From: an uncultured Enterobacterales bacterium
Lineage (GTDB): Bacteria; Myxococcota_A; UBA796; CAJQPC01
NCBI GenBank assembly: GCA_964610645.1
Contig: CAZSZE010000004.1
Location: 51,711-115,710 of the forward strand
Direction: 5' to 3'
DNA length: 64,000 nucleotides
The notes under the pieces are model-generated. The model was not told the DNA's origin. It searched no databases and saw nothing but the letters and a program-made list of their open reading frames with translations. Position numbers and translations under genes: made by a program. Shown here one piece after another: positions 10,301-17,855 of the stretch; position 1 is the stretch's first letter; each line of letters begins with the position of its first letter.

Positions 10301-11768
10301 TGGCCTGGGCGAGGGCTCCCTTGAGTTTGCCGGCAGCGTGCCCTTCGACTTTGATGCGGACTTTGACCTGGACACCACCCTGCACCGGGAGGGGTTGGCC
10401 CTTGATGTGTGGGGCCGCGGAGTTCCCCTCGGCGTCATGTCTCTCGTGGATCCAGCTATTCAGGGCGCCCAGGGGCGGGTGGTGGTCAGCGGCCATGTGG
10501 GGGGCTCTCTTCTTGACCCGGTGCCGGAAATTCAAGTGTCCCTGGAGAGCGGCCGCCTGGACTATCCGCCCCTGGGAATCGGGATGCGGGACCTTGCCTT
10601 CCAGGCGGACACAACCGCTGATGCCCTGCGCATCGTCACCCTGTCGGGCGGTACGCGCTCCCTTGTCGGGAACAAGGGCAAGAACGGCAGCCTCACCGCC
10701 CAGGGGGAGTTTCCCCTTCCCTGGCGGGGCGATGCGGGCATGAACATCGGCGTTCGACTGGACGACTTGCTGCTGGCGGACCTTCCCGAGCTGGAGGTGG
10801 TCCTGGCTGGGGGGGTGAAGGTCACCGGGGCCTGGCCCGCCCTGGTCGCGACCGGTGCCTTCGAGCTGGTGGAAGCAAACGTCGTGGTGGATGAGGATGT
10901 CTGGCTGTCCCAGGCCACGATGCGCCTGGACCCGGACCTGCGCATTCACCGGGAGAGTGTGGTCCTGGAGGAGGGAGAAGGGGTGACGAACCAGGGGGAG
11001 TGGTGGGAGAACCTCGTGGCGGATGTGGAGGTGGACCTGGGCAACAACACCTGGGGGGAGGCCCTGGTGCCCCTGGATGTGACCTATGGGGCGGTGTCCA
11101 GTGTGTTCAGCACGGTGGCTGCCAAGGGCCGGGTGCGGGGCCGGGTGCGGGTGAAGGGCACGATTGAGGATGCGCTCGTCGAGGGGCAGGTGGAGACGGA
11201 GCGGGCCACCGCGGTGGTCTTTGGGTCGGAGTTCGAGGTGGAGCGCGGGGGGGTGATCCGGTTCACCGGCACGGACTACACCAACCCGGAGGTGGACCTC
11301 ACCGCTGTGCATGAGACAACGCAGTACGGCGATGTGAGTGTGGACATCAGCGGCACGTTGGAGGCCTTGACCCTCGCCTTTCGCAGCAGCGTGGGACTCA
11401 ATGAGAAGGACATCGCGGCTCTGCTCTTGTTGGGGCGGCCCACCAGCGAGCTGGGAGATGGGGAAGGCAGCCTCGTAGGCGCAGCGGTGGGGGCCATGGC
11501 CGGGCGGGCGGAGTCGATTGGGTTGGGGGACTGGGTGGACCTTTTCCAGTTGGATACGGAGGGGGAGGCCATCAGCGCGTACACCGTGGGGAAGGCGGTT
11601 GGGGAGAAGGCGTTTTTGTCTTACAGCCAAGACTTTTATGCGGAGATGGATGAAAACCAGGCGGAGTTGACGTTGGAGGTTTTCTTCACCCGGAATATGC
11701 ATGCGCAGGTGGTGGCGGGGGACCGGGGCCAGAGCAGCGCGGATTTGTTTTTGCGGTGGAGGTTTTAG
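7338..11768 (+). CDS. tamB: Translocation and assembly module protein TamB (DUF490 family)
   Basis: 1476 aa with an N-terminal membrane anchor (ILGGTAALFVGACVAGASWLA) and a long beta-rich repetitive body. The C-terminus ..GKAVGEKAFLSYSQDF..ELTLEVFFTRNMHAQVV..SADLFLRWRF resembles DUF490. It is paired with the Omp85 gene as in tamAB. Confidence 0.8.
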   Translation: MALGARGRWILGGTAALFVGACVAGASWLASPSGEAFILARIHSLATESLAEGRVELEGLDIHGLHGATLEGVRLIDGADREVVSLSLEVEISLAPLLWREVHLGRLRVRDLRLDLQAGEDRLFSIQKMLPESEGEGGADWDVVVEALGVEGTEITVEHPDFQLRVGAWGIEGGVALKGGVLRWRGLTLQAEVGGEVGDVRLATEGIFDGSEVLLETLDLDVREARVHVEGTVEDLESVPQFQGKLQAENLLLAPWEETVGVEGLSGVLALELEAKGSLQSLDLTGRLETESGQVSLAGTLGSLDAIPAWSLVLGLEGLDPAAHMAGLLPSSITGTVSLEGTGWVPQEGFVATVDLEKGLAMDQVFHGVKGRVRGVDDGFALESLAVDSPLGSVGLSGNWKDNGFSGSVRAQASDLSRLEAVGITDLSGAGSASGSVRATLGDAPVVRFDGEVAADGVRGPENVRLRSASGPVELVWRDGRVDASGRTRARALETDEARLGDALVEWEGFYAPDGSFDLKARVKAGGFEGGGLRVGGLVGSFSASANSPLSVDLDMQVRAVTWQNLKADAGQVRVVLSPSGESKVSVFLTLAGKPLLDLQGVAWPEEGRLEVDTLSLSPPGYDAWQLTEPARATWMGTTQGTAFLSLVSPSGRLRVEAAVEDGPLTAEVEVSGLVLSWLEAVLPVAGWEGVTDGQVNVGGTLKNLLVEGRLEVRDLLIPDTVEGLGVAVDFTNLDGVVRVEGDLSDGEAPIGRVQAVLPLGFGLQSERVSVLGIEGLWLEPDQPMEFHGVLDPVGLRRLGALAPGVSKLPKGRVGAEIRVGGTPSQPRMTLASSLDVRLGDVSDRARVDLDVLLREGRFDVGVLVMQEGVRRLRVEGEAATRIETLLSSLWDGTEDPPWGDLNAWVGALDLEVVPMAVPLSALSPFVPLPEGVQGFLGGGFQVGGTGAHPTLAGAVQVIEGRLGDLVLAPALVAVSPTEGAFNVMGLFGLGEGSLEFAGSVPFDFDADFDLDTTLHREGLALDVWGRGVPLGVMSLVDPAIQGAQGRVVVSGHVGGSLLDPVPEIQVSLESGRLDYPPLGIGMRDLAFQADTTADALRIVTLSGGTRSLVGNKGKNGSLTAQGEFPLPWRGDAGMNIGVRLDDLLLADLPELEVVLAGGVKVTGAWPALVATGAFELVEANVVVDEDVWLSQATMRLDPDLRIHRESVVLEEGEGVTNQGEWWENLVADVEVDLGNNTWGEALVPLDVTYGAVSSVFSTVAAKGRVRGRVRVKGTIEDALVEGQVETERATAVVFGSEFEVERGGVIRFTGTDYTNPEVDLTAVHETTQYGDVSVDISGTLEALTLAFRSSVGLNEKDIAALLLLGRPTSELGDGEGSLVGAAVGAMAGRAESIGLGDWVDLFQLDTEGEAISAYTVGKAVGEKAFLSYSQDFYAEMDENQAELTLEVFFTRNMHAQVVAGDRGQSSADLFLRWRF

Positions 11769-11770
11769 TC

Positions 11771-11896
11771 AGCGCCCCAAGCTGGACATTCTTGGGGGGA
11801 GATAGGCCATCCCCCCCACCAAATGTCCGCGCCAGCGCCCCAAACCGGACATTCTTGGGGGGAGATAGGCCATCCCCCCCACCAAATGTCCGCCCG
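11771..11896. repeat. Two tandem copies of a 63-bp palindromic intergenic unit
   Basis: Copy 1 is 11771-11833 and copy 2 is 11834-11896, differing only at a few bases. Each contains the hairpin GGACATTCTTGGGGGG-agataggccat-CCCCCCCACCAAATGTCC. The unit begins 3 nt after the tamB stop and lies between convergent genes. Confidence 0.9.
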
Positions 11897-11999
11897 GCGG
11901 ATCGCTGCAGGAGGTGCAATGTTGTTGCTGATCATTGCTGGGGGCCCGATCCGAGGCGGTGGTGCCGGGATTCAGGTGCTGCGGCGGACCCCGTTCCCC

Positions 12000-14999
12000 T
12001 CACCCACCCGGCACTGCGGTGGATCCCGGGTTTGGGTTGGCAGCGTCGTCGTGTTGCGAGGTGTTCGGGTAGCCGCTTCCGTTGAGGGTGGTGTACTCCA
12101 TGCGGATGCGGCCCTCTCCGCCGTAGTTGGCGCAGCCGTTGTTGCCGTTGCAATGCTCGCTCCCGCCCTCGGCGAGCACTGTCGTGGAGTTGAGGGTCAG
12201 GGCGTCCGACACCAGGTAGATCGCGCCGCCGGCTCCTCCGGAACGGTTGGACGGGTCACCTCCCGGACAGATGATGCCGTCCTGTCCGTCGGATTGGATG
12301 GATCCTGTGACAGAGAGCGTGGTGGCCCGGACAAGCACGATGCCTCCCCCGTCTCCCCCGTCCAATGGCGATCCGGACTGGGCCAGGCAGCCGCCGGCCC
12401 CCCCTCCGAAATTGAGCTGGCTCAAGTTGGAGTCGCCGATGACAGCGCCCGCGGTGCCCGAGATAGAGCTGCTGCCCTGGTTGCCGGGTGTGTTGGGGTC
12501 CCGGGTCCCGTAGGCGCCGCCGCCAGAGTTGCCGTTGTAGTAGCCTCCGTGACCGTAGGAGCCCCCACCGCCGTTGTCGTTTGCCGCCTGGTCCCCTGCG
12601 GAACCCGGGCCGGTGCGCCCCTCGCCGTCCGCCGACCAACCTGTGCCGATGAACCCGGCCCCGCCCCGGTAGCCCTTCTCGCTCATGTCCAGCGAACCGG
12701 TCACGCTCACGGTGCCACTGGCAACGAAGGCCAACACGCCTCCGTTGGACCCGTCCCATGCATTGGCCGTCACGGTTCCGGAGATGACTACATTGTCCCA
12801 CTGGGGGATGCGCTGGAGCACGATGGTCTGGGCGGAGAAGCTGCTGCCGCCGTAGGTGCGGGCCGGCACTCCGGTCATGCGGACGGTGTTGCCGCCGGGA
12901 ATGCTATCCACTGCCAGGATTTCCCAGTTCCCTACGTCCCCCACGTCGCCGGTGGCTCCCTGCAGATTGATCAGAAGCACCTGGTCACCGGCGGCGAACC
13001 CGGTGCTGTTGCTCACCGAGATGTCGGTGGTGGTGGGGTTGGCGAGGACATCCACTTGGACCCCCTCGGGCACCGAGCCCGTGCGGCCGGTCCCCAACAC
13101 CTCGGAGTTGATGTTGCCCGATCCGCTGATGTTCACGTCGCCGTCGCGCCCATCGCCATACCGGCACGCCAGGGAACCGCCGGCCGAGTCCGCTGTGCCG
13201 TCGCAGTCGTTGTCGTTGCCGTCGCAGACCTCGGTGGCGCCCGGGTGGGTTGTCGTGTCGGTGTCGTTGCAGTCGGTGGCGTCCGACACGTGGGCCGAAG
13301 GCTGGCTGCAGGCGGTGGCGGAGGTCGCGGCATCGCCGTAGCCGTCACTGTCGCTGTCCGCGTACCAGGTGGAGGCATCGATGGAGTCGTCCTCGCTGGT
13401 GTCTCCGTCGCAGTCTGAGTCCGTGTTGTCGCAGAAATCATCGGCACCCGGGTAGGTCGTGCTGCTGGTGTCGTCGCAGTCGCTGCTGTCGGCGACGGTC
13501 CCGGAGGGCTGGTTGCAGGCGCTGGTGGCGCTGGCCGCGTTGCCGAACCCGTCCCCATCGAGATCCGCGTACCAGGTGCTGGTGCCGCTTGCGCCACCCT
13601 CATCGGCGGTGCCGTCGCAGTCGTTGTCAATGCCATCGCAGGTCTCTGTGGCACCGGGATTCACGCTGGCGTCGGCGTCGTTGCAGTCATTGTCGTTTGC
13701 CGCGTGGCCCGAGGGCTGGGAGCAGGCGCTCGTGGAAGTAGCCGAGGAGCCATAGCCATCCGAATCGGCATCGATGTACCAGGTGGAGGCGTTGATCGCG
13801 TCGTCTTCGTCGGTCGTGCCATCGCAGTCGTTGTCGGCGCTGTCGCAGATCTCGTAGGAGCCCGGGTGGGTGGCCGCGTTGAAGTCGTCGCAGTCCAAGG
13901 CGTTGCCCACGTAGCCGTTCGGGGCGTTGCAAGAAGTCGTGGAGACACTTCCATTTCCGTATCCATCGGAGTCGTTGTCCTCGTACCAGGTGGTGCCGAC
14001 CCCCTCGTCTACTTGGGAGTCGCAGTCGTTGTCGGCGCCGTCACAGGTCTCCGCTGCGCCCGGGTGGGAAGCGGCATCCACGTCGTTGCAGTCGGTGGAG
14101 TTGGAGACAAACCCCGGGGGCGCTTCGCAGGCATCGACCTGGAATTGGGCGCCGCCGTAGCCGTCCCCGTCGGCATCGCCGTAGAAGGTGCTTGTCCCCT
14201 GCACGTCACCATCGTCACTGTCGATGAGGTTGTCGCAGTCGTTGTCGATGCCATCACACACCTCGGTGGCGTCCGGATTGACAGCAGCGTCCAGGTCGTC
14301 GCAGTCCGACTCGTTGTCCACCATGGCGGTGGGCTGATCGCAAGCCGTTGCCGTCAGCGTGTCGGAGCCGTAGCCGTCGGCGTCGGCGTCCAGGAACCAC
14401 GTGGGAGCGTCCACGGCGTCGTCTTCATCGATGGTGCCGTCGCAGTCGTTGTCCGCGCCATCGCAGATCTCCTCGGAGGCCTCGGCAACAGCCGCGTCAG
14501 CGTCGTTGCAGTCCTCGCAGGCGGCAAACCCGTCGCTGTCGGCGTCGGCGTACCCCACCGAGCCATCGCAGTTGTAGTCGACGGGGTCGGTGCAGTCGTC
14601 CTCCGCGGCGCCCGGGTGGAATCGAGGGTCGGCATCATCGCAATCCGAGTCGTTGGACACGTGGGCGGCTGGTTGATTGCAGGAGGTCTGTGTCGTGTCT
14701 GGGTCGCCGTAGCCATCGGCATCCGAATCGGCGTACCAGGTCTCGGCATCACTCGCGTCGTCCTCGTCCATCTCGCCGTCGCAGTCGTTGTCGGCGCCGT
14801 CGCAGACCTCGTCGGCGTCCGGATGGATGGCGGCATCCTCGTCGTTGCAATCGGTTCGCACGTCGTGCCCGTCCCCATCCGCATCCACGAAGGCGGTGTC
14901 GATTTCCCCCACCTCCGAGTCGACGAGGAGAGCGCTGTCATCCCCCTTTTCGCGGCAGGCGGGGAGAACAAGCAGGACGACGAGGGGGGCGAAGCGCAT
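12000..14999 (-). CDS. Large lipoprotein with about 8-9 MopE-like Cys-rich putative metal-binding repeats and a C-terminal Gly-rich beta-helix-like region
   Basis: Lipoprotein signal MRFAPLVVLLVLPAC (second Met, 14999). There are 8 repeats of ..DCDD.D....PGA.E.CDG.DNDCDG..DE....WY.D.DGDGYG.. with a period of about 70 aa, plus one degenerate copy. A region of about 390 aa follows with GGAGG/GGDGGGI..V.A..L.V.G.I motifs. The + ORFs across the region are repeat-driven shadows. Confidence 0.75.
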   Translation of the reverse strand: MRFAPLVVLLVLPACREKGDDSALLVDSEVGEIDTAFVDADGDGHDVRTDCNDEDAAIHPDADEVCDGADNDCDGEMDEDDASDAETWYADSDADGYGDPDTTQTSCNQPAAHVSNDSDCDDADPRFHPGAAEDDCTDPVDYNCDGSVGYADADSDGFAACEDCNDADAAVAEASEEICDGADNDCDGTIDEDDAVDAPTWFLDADADGYGSDTLTATACDQPTAMVDNESDCDDLDAAVNPDATEVCDGIDNDCDNLIDSDDGDVQGTSTFYGDADGDGYGGAQFQVDACEAPPGFVSNSTDCNDVDAASHPGAAETCDGADNDCDSQVDEGVGTTWYEDNDSDGYGNGSVSTTSCNAPNGYVGNALDCDDFNAATHPGSYEICDSADNDCDGTTDEDDAINASTWYIDADSDGYGSSATSTSACSQPSGHAANDNDCNDADASVNPGATETCDGIDNDCDGTADEGGASGTSTWYADLDGDGFGNAASATSACNQPSGTVADSSDCDDTSSTTYPGADDFCDNTDSDCDGDTSEDDSIDASTWYADSDSDGYGDAATSATACSQPSAHVSDATDCNDTDTTTHPGATEVCDGNDNDCDGTADSAGGSLACRYGDGRDGDVNISGSGNINSEVLGTGRTGSVPEGVQVDVLANPTTTDISVSNSTGFAAGDQVLLINLQGATGDVGDVGNWEILAVDSIPGGNTVRMTGVPARTYGGSSFSAQTIVLQRIPQWDNVVISGTVTANAWDGSNGGVLAFVASGTVSVTGSLDMSEKGYRGGAGFIGTGWSADGEGRTGPGSAGDQAANDNGGGGSYGHGGYYNGNSGGGAYGTRDPNTPGNQGSSSISGTAGAVIGDSNLSQLNFGGGAGGCLAQSGSPLDGGDGGGIVLVRATTLSVTGSIQSDGQDGIICPGGDPSNRSGGAGGAIYLVSDALTLNSTTVLAEGGSEHCNGNNGCANYGGEGRIRMEYTTLNGSGYPNTSQHDDAANPNPGSTAVPGG

Positions 15000-15083
15000 C
15001 ACGGCCTCCAGGGGGAACGGGAGAAAGCGCATTCTACCGGAGGGCGGCCGCGTGGGTGACCGATGGAACGCCCAGCACGCGCG

Positions 15084-16061
15084 TCAGGGCCGCAGGATCA
15101 CCCGCCCAAAACACTCCGGCGATGCCGCTCGCTCCAACGCATCGGTGCAGTCTGACAACGCAAACTCCGAGTCGATGCGGGTGTGCAGGGCGCCGGCGGC
15201 GACCTGGCCTGCCACCTCCTGGACAACGGCTCTCTCGGCATGGGGGCCGACGGCGGCGTTCCAGGCAAAGAGCCAGAATCCCTGCAGGCGAATGTCGCGG
15301 AAGACGGTCTGGTCGACTCCCAGTTGGGCCTGGCGTCGAGAGAGGGCGCCGTAGGAGATGATGCTGCCGCTCGGGGCCAGGCACTGGGCGAGGGAGTGGG
15401 TGGCCTTGCCGCCGACAGCGTCCAGGGCCAGGGAAATCTCAGCGCCGCCGGTGGCTTGTTCCACCCGCTGGGCGAGCTTCTCCCCCTCCATGACCAGGGC
15501 ATCCGCGCCGATGGCCTCCAGGGCCGGGGCCCGGTCGGCGTTCCGGAGAATGCTCACGGTCTTGATGCCCATTTGCGCAGCCATCTGAATCACCAGCTGG
15601 CCCACGGAGGAGGTCCCGGGGAATTGCACCACCCAGTCCCCGGGCTCCACCGCTGCAAAGTGGGTCAGGAGCAGCAGGGCCGTCGGGGGATTGACGCGCA
15701 GCATGGAGGCCTGCACCGGGTCGATGCCTGGGGGGAGCTTGAAGAGCTCGTCTGCGGGGGCCACCACCTCCTCGGCCCATGCGCCGAGCCGCACCGGCAG
15801 CAAGGCCCCGTCCCCAACCTCCCAGCCCTTCACCTCGTCTCCCACAGCGCTCACCACGCCGGCGCCCTCCACCCCCGCCGTGGCCGGTAGAGGGCGAAGC
15901 AGCGGGTAGTGCCCGTGGACAATCAGCCGGTCCAGGGGATCGATGGGGCTGGCTTCCACCTGCACGCGAACTTCCCTGGGGCCGGGTTCTGGCGTGGGGC
16001 GCTCTTCGGGGACCAGGACCTGGGCGGGGGGGCCGTGCTGGCTGTAGCGCATGGCAAGCAT
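15084..16061 (-). CDS. Medium-chain dehydrogenase/reductase (quinone oxidoreductase / enoyl reductase-like)
   Basis: 325 aa with a GroES-like N-terminal domain (EVRVQVEASPIDPLD..G.EGAGVV.AVGD.V..W.VGD). The Rossmann motif is FPGTSSVGQLVIQMAAQMG. I saw no catalytic zinc Cys/His pattern. Confidence 0.8.
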   Translation of the reverse strand: MLAMRYSQHGPPAQVLVPEERPTPEPGPREVRVQVEASPIDPLDRLIVHGHYPLLRPLPATAGVEGAGVVSAVGDEVKGWEVGDGALLPVRLGAWAEEVVAPADELFKLPPGIDPVQASMLRVNPPTALLLLTHFAAVEPGDWVVQFPGTSSVGQLVIQMAAQMGIKTVSILRNADRAPALEAIGADALVMEGEKLAQRVEQATGGAEISLALDAVGGKATHSLAQCLAPSGSIISYGALSRRQAQLGVDQTVFRDIRLQGFWLFAWNAAVGPHAERAVVQEVAGQVAAGALHTRIDSEFALSDCTDALERAASPECFGRVILRP

Positions 16062-16098
16062 GGACCGCGACTTATCCGGGATCGTCCTGCTTTGCTCC

Positions 16099-16127
16099 TT
16101 GCATGGTTATGCATGCCGGTGTATATG
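16099..16127 (+). promoter_or_regulatory. argR promoter candidate overlapped by an ARG-box-like palindrome
   Basis: TTGCAT (16099-16104), a 17-nt spacer, then TATATG (16122-16127). The palindrome TGCATggttATGCA (16100-16113) resembles the ARG box core TGAATwwwwATTCA with one symmetric substitution. The -10 element ends 8 nt before the argR ATG and no SD is visible. Confidence 0.4.
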
Positions 16128-16135
16128 TCGCCGCT

Positions 16136-16603
16136 ATGGCCACACGTGACACCCGTCGGGCGCATATCAAGCGTCTTGTGCAGCAACACCAGGTCGCTTC
16201 CCAGGCGGAGTTGGTGGATCTTCTCTGCCAGGAAGGCGTGATCTGTACCCAGGCCACCCTGTCCCGGGACCTGCGCTCCATGGGCATTGTGCGGCGGGCG
16301 ACGCCCTCGGGGCCGGCCTATGCCCTGGACCATACCCGGGCCTATGCCGCCGTGGTTCGCCAGGTGGTGGCCATGGAGATCACCCGGGTGGAGCACAACG
16401 GCTCGCTCATTGTCGTGCGCACCCTTCCCGGTCGCGCCCAGGGGGTGGCGGCCTTTATCGATTCCTGGAACGAATCTGAAATCCTCGGCACGGTTGCGGG
16501 AGACGACACAATCTTCGTCTCCCCCCGGGATCTCTCCCGAACCGCAGCCCTGGCGGAACGCATTGCAAAGCTGGAAGCAGCGAAAGTGGAGGAAGGAACA
16601 TGA
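16136..16603 (+). CDS. argR: Arginine repressor
   Basis: MATRDTRRAHIKRLVQQHQVASQAELVDLLCQEGVICTQATLSRDLRSMG.. is a winged-helix N-domain, and ..ILGTVAGDDTIFV.. is the conserved ArgR C-domain motif. The product is 155 aa. The long N-terminal extension in track ORF 15779..16603 is antisense to the upstream gene and was rejected. Confidence 0.9.
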   Translation: MATRDTRRAHIKRLVQQHQVASQAELVDLLCQEGVICTQATLSRDLRSMGIVRRATPSGPAYALDHTRAYAAVVRQVVAMEITRVEHNGSLIVVRTLPGRAQGVAAFIDSWNESEILGTVAGDDTIFVSPRDLSRTAALAERIAKLEAAKVEEGT

Positions 16604-17853
16604 AAATCGTGACTGCCTATTCCGGAGGGCTCGATACCTCCGTCATGATTCCCTGGCTGTCCGAGAACTACGGGGGGGCGGAGATCATCGCCTACACCGG
16701 GGATCTCGGGCAGGGGGAGGACCTGGAGGCCATTCGCCAGAAGGCCCTGCAGACTGGCGCCAGCAAGTCGGTGGTGGAGGACTTGAGCGAGCGCTTTGTC
16801 AGCGAGTTCATCTGGCCCTCCCTCATGGCTTCGGCGATTTACGAGGGCATGTACCCCCTGCACACGGCCCTGGGGCGGCCCCTGTTGGCGGAACGACTGG
16901 TGGAGACCGCCCTGGCCGAAGGCGCGGAAGCCGTGTCCCATGGCTGCACGGGCAAGGGCAACGACCAGGTGCGCTTCGAGGTGGCCATCAAGTCCCTGGC
17001 GCCCCACCTGGAGGTGATCGCGCCCCTTCGAACCTGGGAGCTGCTGACCCGGGACGACGAGGTGGACTACGCCACGGCCCATGGCATTCCCATCCCAGTG
17101 ACCAAGGAGAAGCCCTACTCCATTGACCAGAACCTCTGGGGCTGTGCCATCGAGGCTGGCGAAATGGAGGACCTCTGGTGTGAACCCCCGGAGGATGTGT
17201 GGCGCATGACCAGCGATCCCTCCCATGCCCCCAAGGGGTCCGTGGAGCTGGTCCTGACGTTTGACCAGGGGATCCCCGTGGCCATCGATGGGCGGCCGAT
17301 GGCGGGCGTCAAACTCATCACCTACCTCAACGACCTCGCCGGCGGATTTGGCGTGGGCCGAATCGACATGGTGGAGAACCGGGTGGTGGGCCTGAAGTCC
17401 CGAGAGGTGTACGAGGCACCGGGAGCGACACTCCTCCACATGGCCCACACGGAGTTGGAGCGGATCTGCCTGGACCGGCCGACCTTCAACTACATGCGCC
17501 GCATCTCCCAGGACTACGCCAACCTCATCTACGATGGACTGTGGTTCGGCCCCCTGCGGGAGTGCCTGCAGGCCTTTATCGAGGAGTCCCAGCGCACGGT
17601 TTCCGGAGAGGTCCGCATTCGCCTGAGCGCGGGATTGGCCCGCATCACCGGGCGCCGGTCCCCCTTCTCCCTCTACGACACCGGCCTTTCCACCTACCAC
17701 GAAGGGGACACCTTCAAGCGGGAGCACGCAGAAGGGTTCATCGAGCTCTTCGGCCTCTCTTACAAGACCGTGGCCGAGGTGCGCCGCAAGTCGGGCAAGC
17801 CAGTCTTTCAACACGGCCAACACGGCCAGCCCGGCCTGGCGGAAGGACAGTAA
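16600..17853 (+). CDS. argG: Argininosuccinate synthase
   Basis: MKIVTAYSGGLDTSV.. is the ATP-PPase SGGLDTS motif, followed by ..HGCTGKGNDQVRFE..YSIDQNLWG.. The start overlaps the argR stop (ATGA). Confidence 0.95.
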   Translation: MKIVTAYSGGLDTSVMIPWLSENYGGAEIIAYTGDLGQGEDLEAIRQKALQTGASKSVVEDLSERFVSEFIWPSLMASAIYEGMYPLHTALGRPLLAERLVETALAEGAEAVSHGCTGKGNDQVRFEVAIKSLAPHLEVIAPLRTWELLTRDDEVDYATAHGIPIPVTKEKPYSIDQNLWGCAIEAGEMEDLWCEPPEDVWRMTSDPSHAPKGSVELVLTFDQGIPVAIDGRPMAGVKLITYLNDLAGGFGVGRIDMVENRVVGLKSREVYEAPGATLLHMAHTELERICLDRPTFNYMRRISQDYANLIYDGLWFGPLRECLQAFIEESQRTVSGEVRIRLSAGLARITGRRSPFSLYDTGLSTYHEGDTFKREHAEGFIELFGLSYKTVAEVRRKSGKPVFQHGQHGQPGLAEGQ

Positions 17854-17855
17854 TT

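Noticed and set aside
8181-11702. Long minus-strand ORFs (8181..9701, 9683..10438, 10107..11702) inside tamB
   Set aside because: They are shadows opposite the 1476-aa TamB frame. Their composition is implausible (His/Pro/Arg/Gln-rich) and they have no start context.
11686-12085. ORFs 11686..11919 (-) and 11756..12085 (+) containing duplicated FGGGDGLSPPKNV / LGGDRPSPPPNV peptides
   Set aside because: The duplication is simply the translated 63-bp intergenic tandem repeat. There is no coding signal.
11823-15361. Plus-strand ORFs 11823..13418, 13704..15059 and 14348..15361 over the MopE-repeat gene, one with an AGGAGG-ATG at about 11919
   Set aside because: They are repeat-driven antisense or out-of-frame ORFs (poly-Val/Ala/Gly or Arg/Pro strings). 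The minus frame has a lipobox and 8 coherent Cys-rich modules.
15779-16135. N-terminal extension of argR (track ORF 15779..16603); likewise extensions of argH (17541), the kinase (25366), glpD (36725), fdhD (46279), NUDIX (53976) and the methyltransferase (62348)
   Set aside because: The extensions are Arg/Pro/Gly-rich and overlap neighbouring genes. Internal starts give proteins of canonical length with SD or coupling signals.
16342-17823. 493-aa minus ORF across argG
   Set aside because: It is antisense to argininosuccinate synthase, whose motifs are unambiguous.
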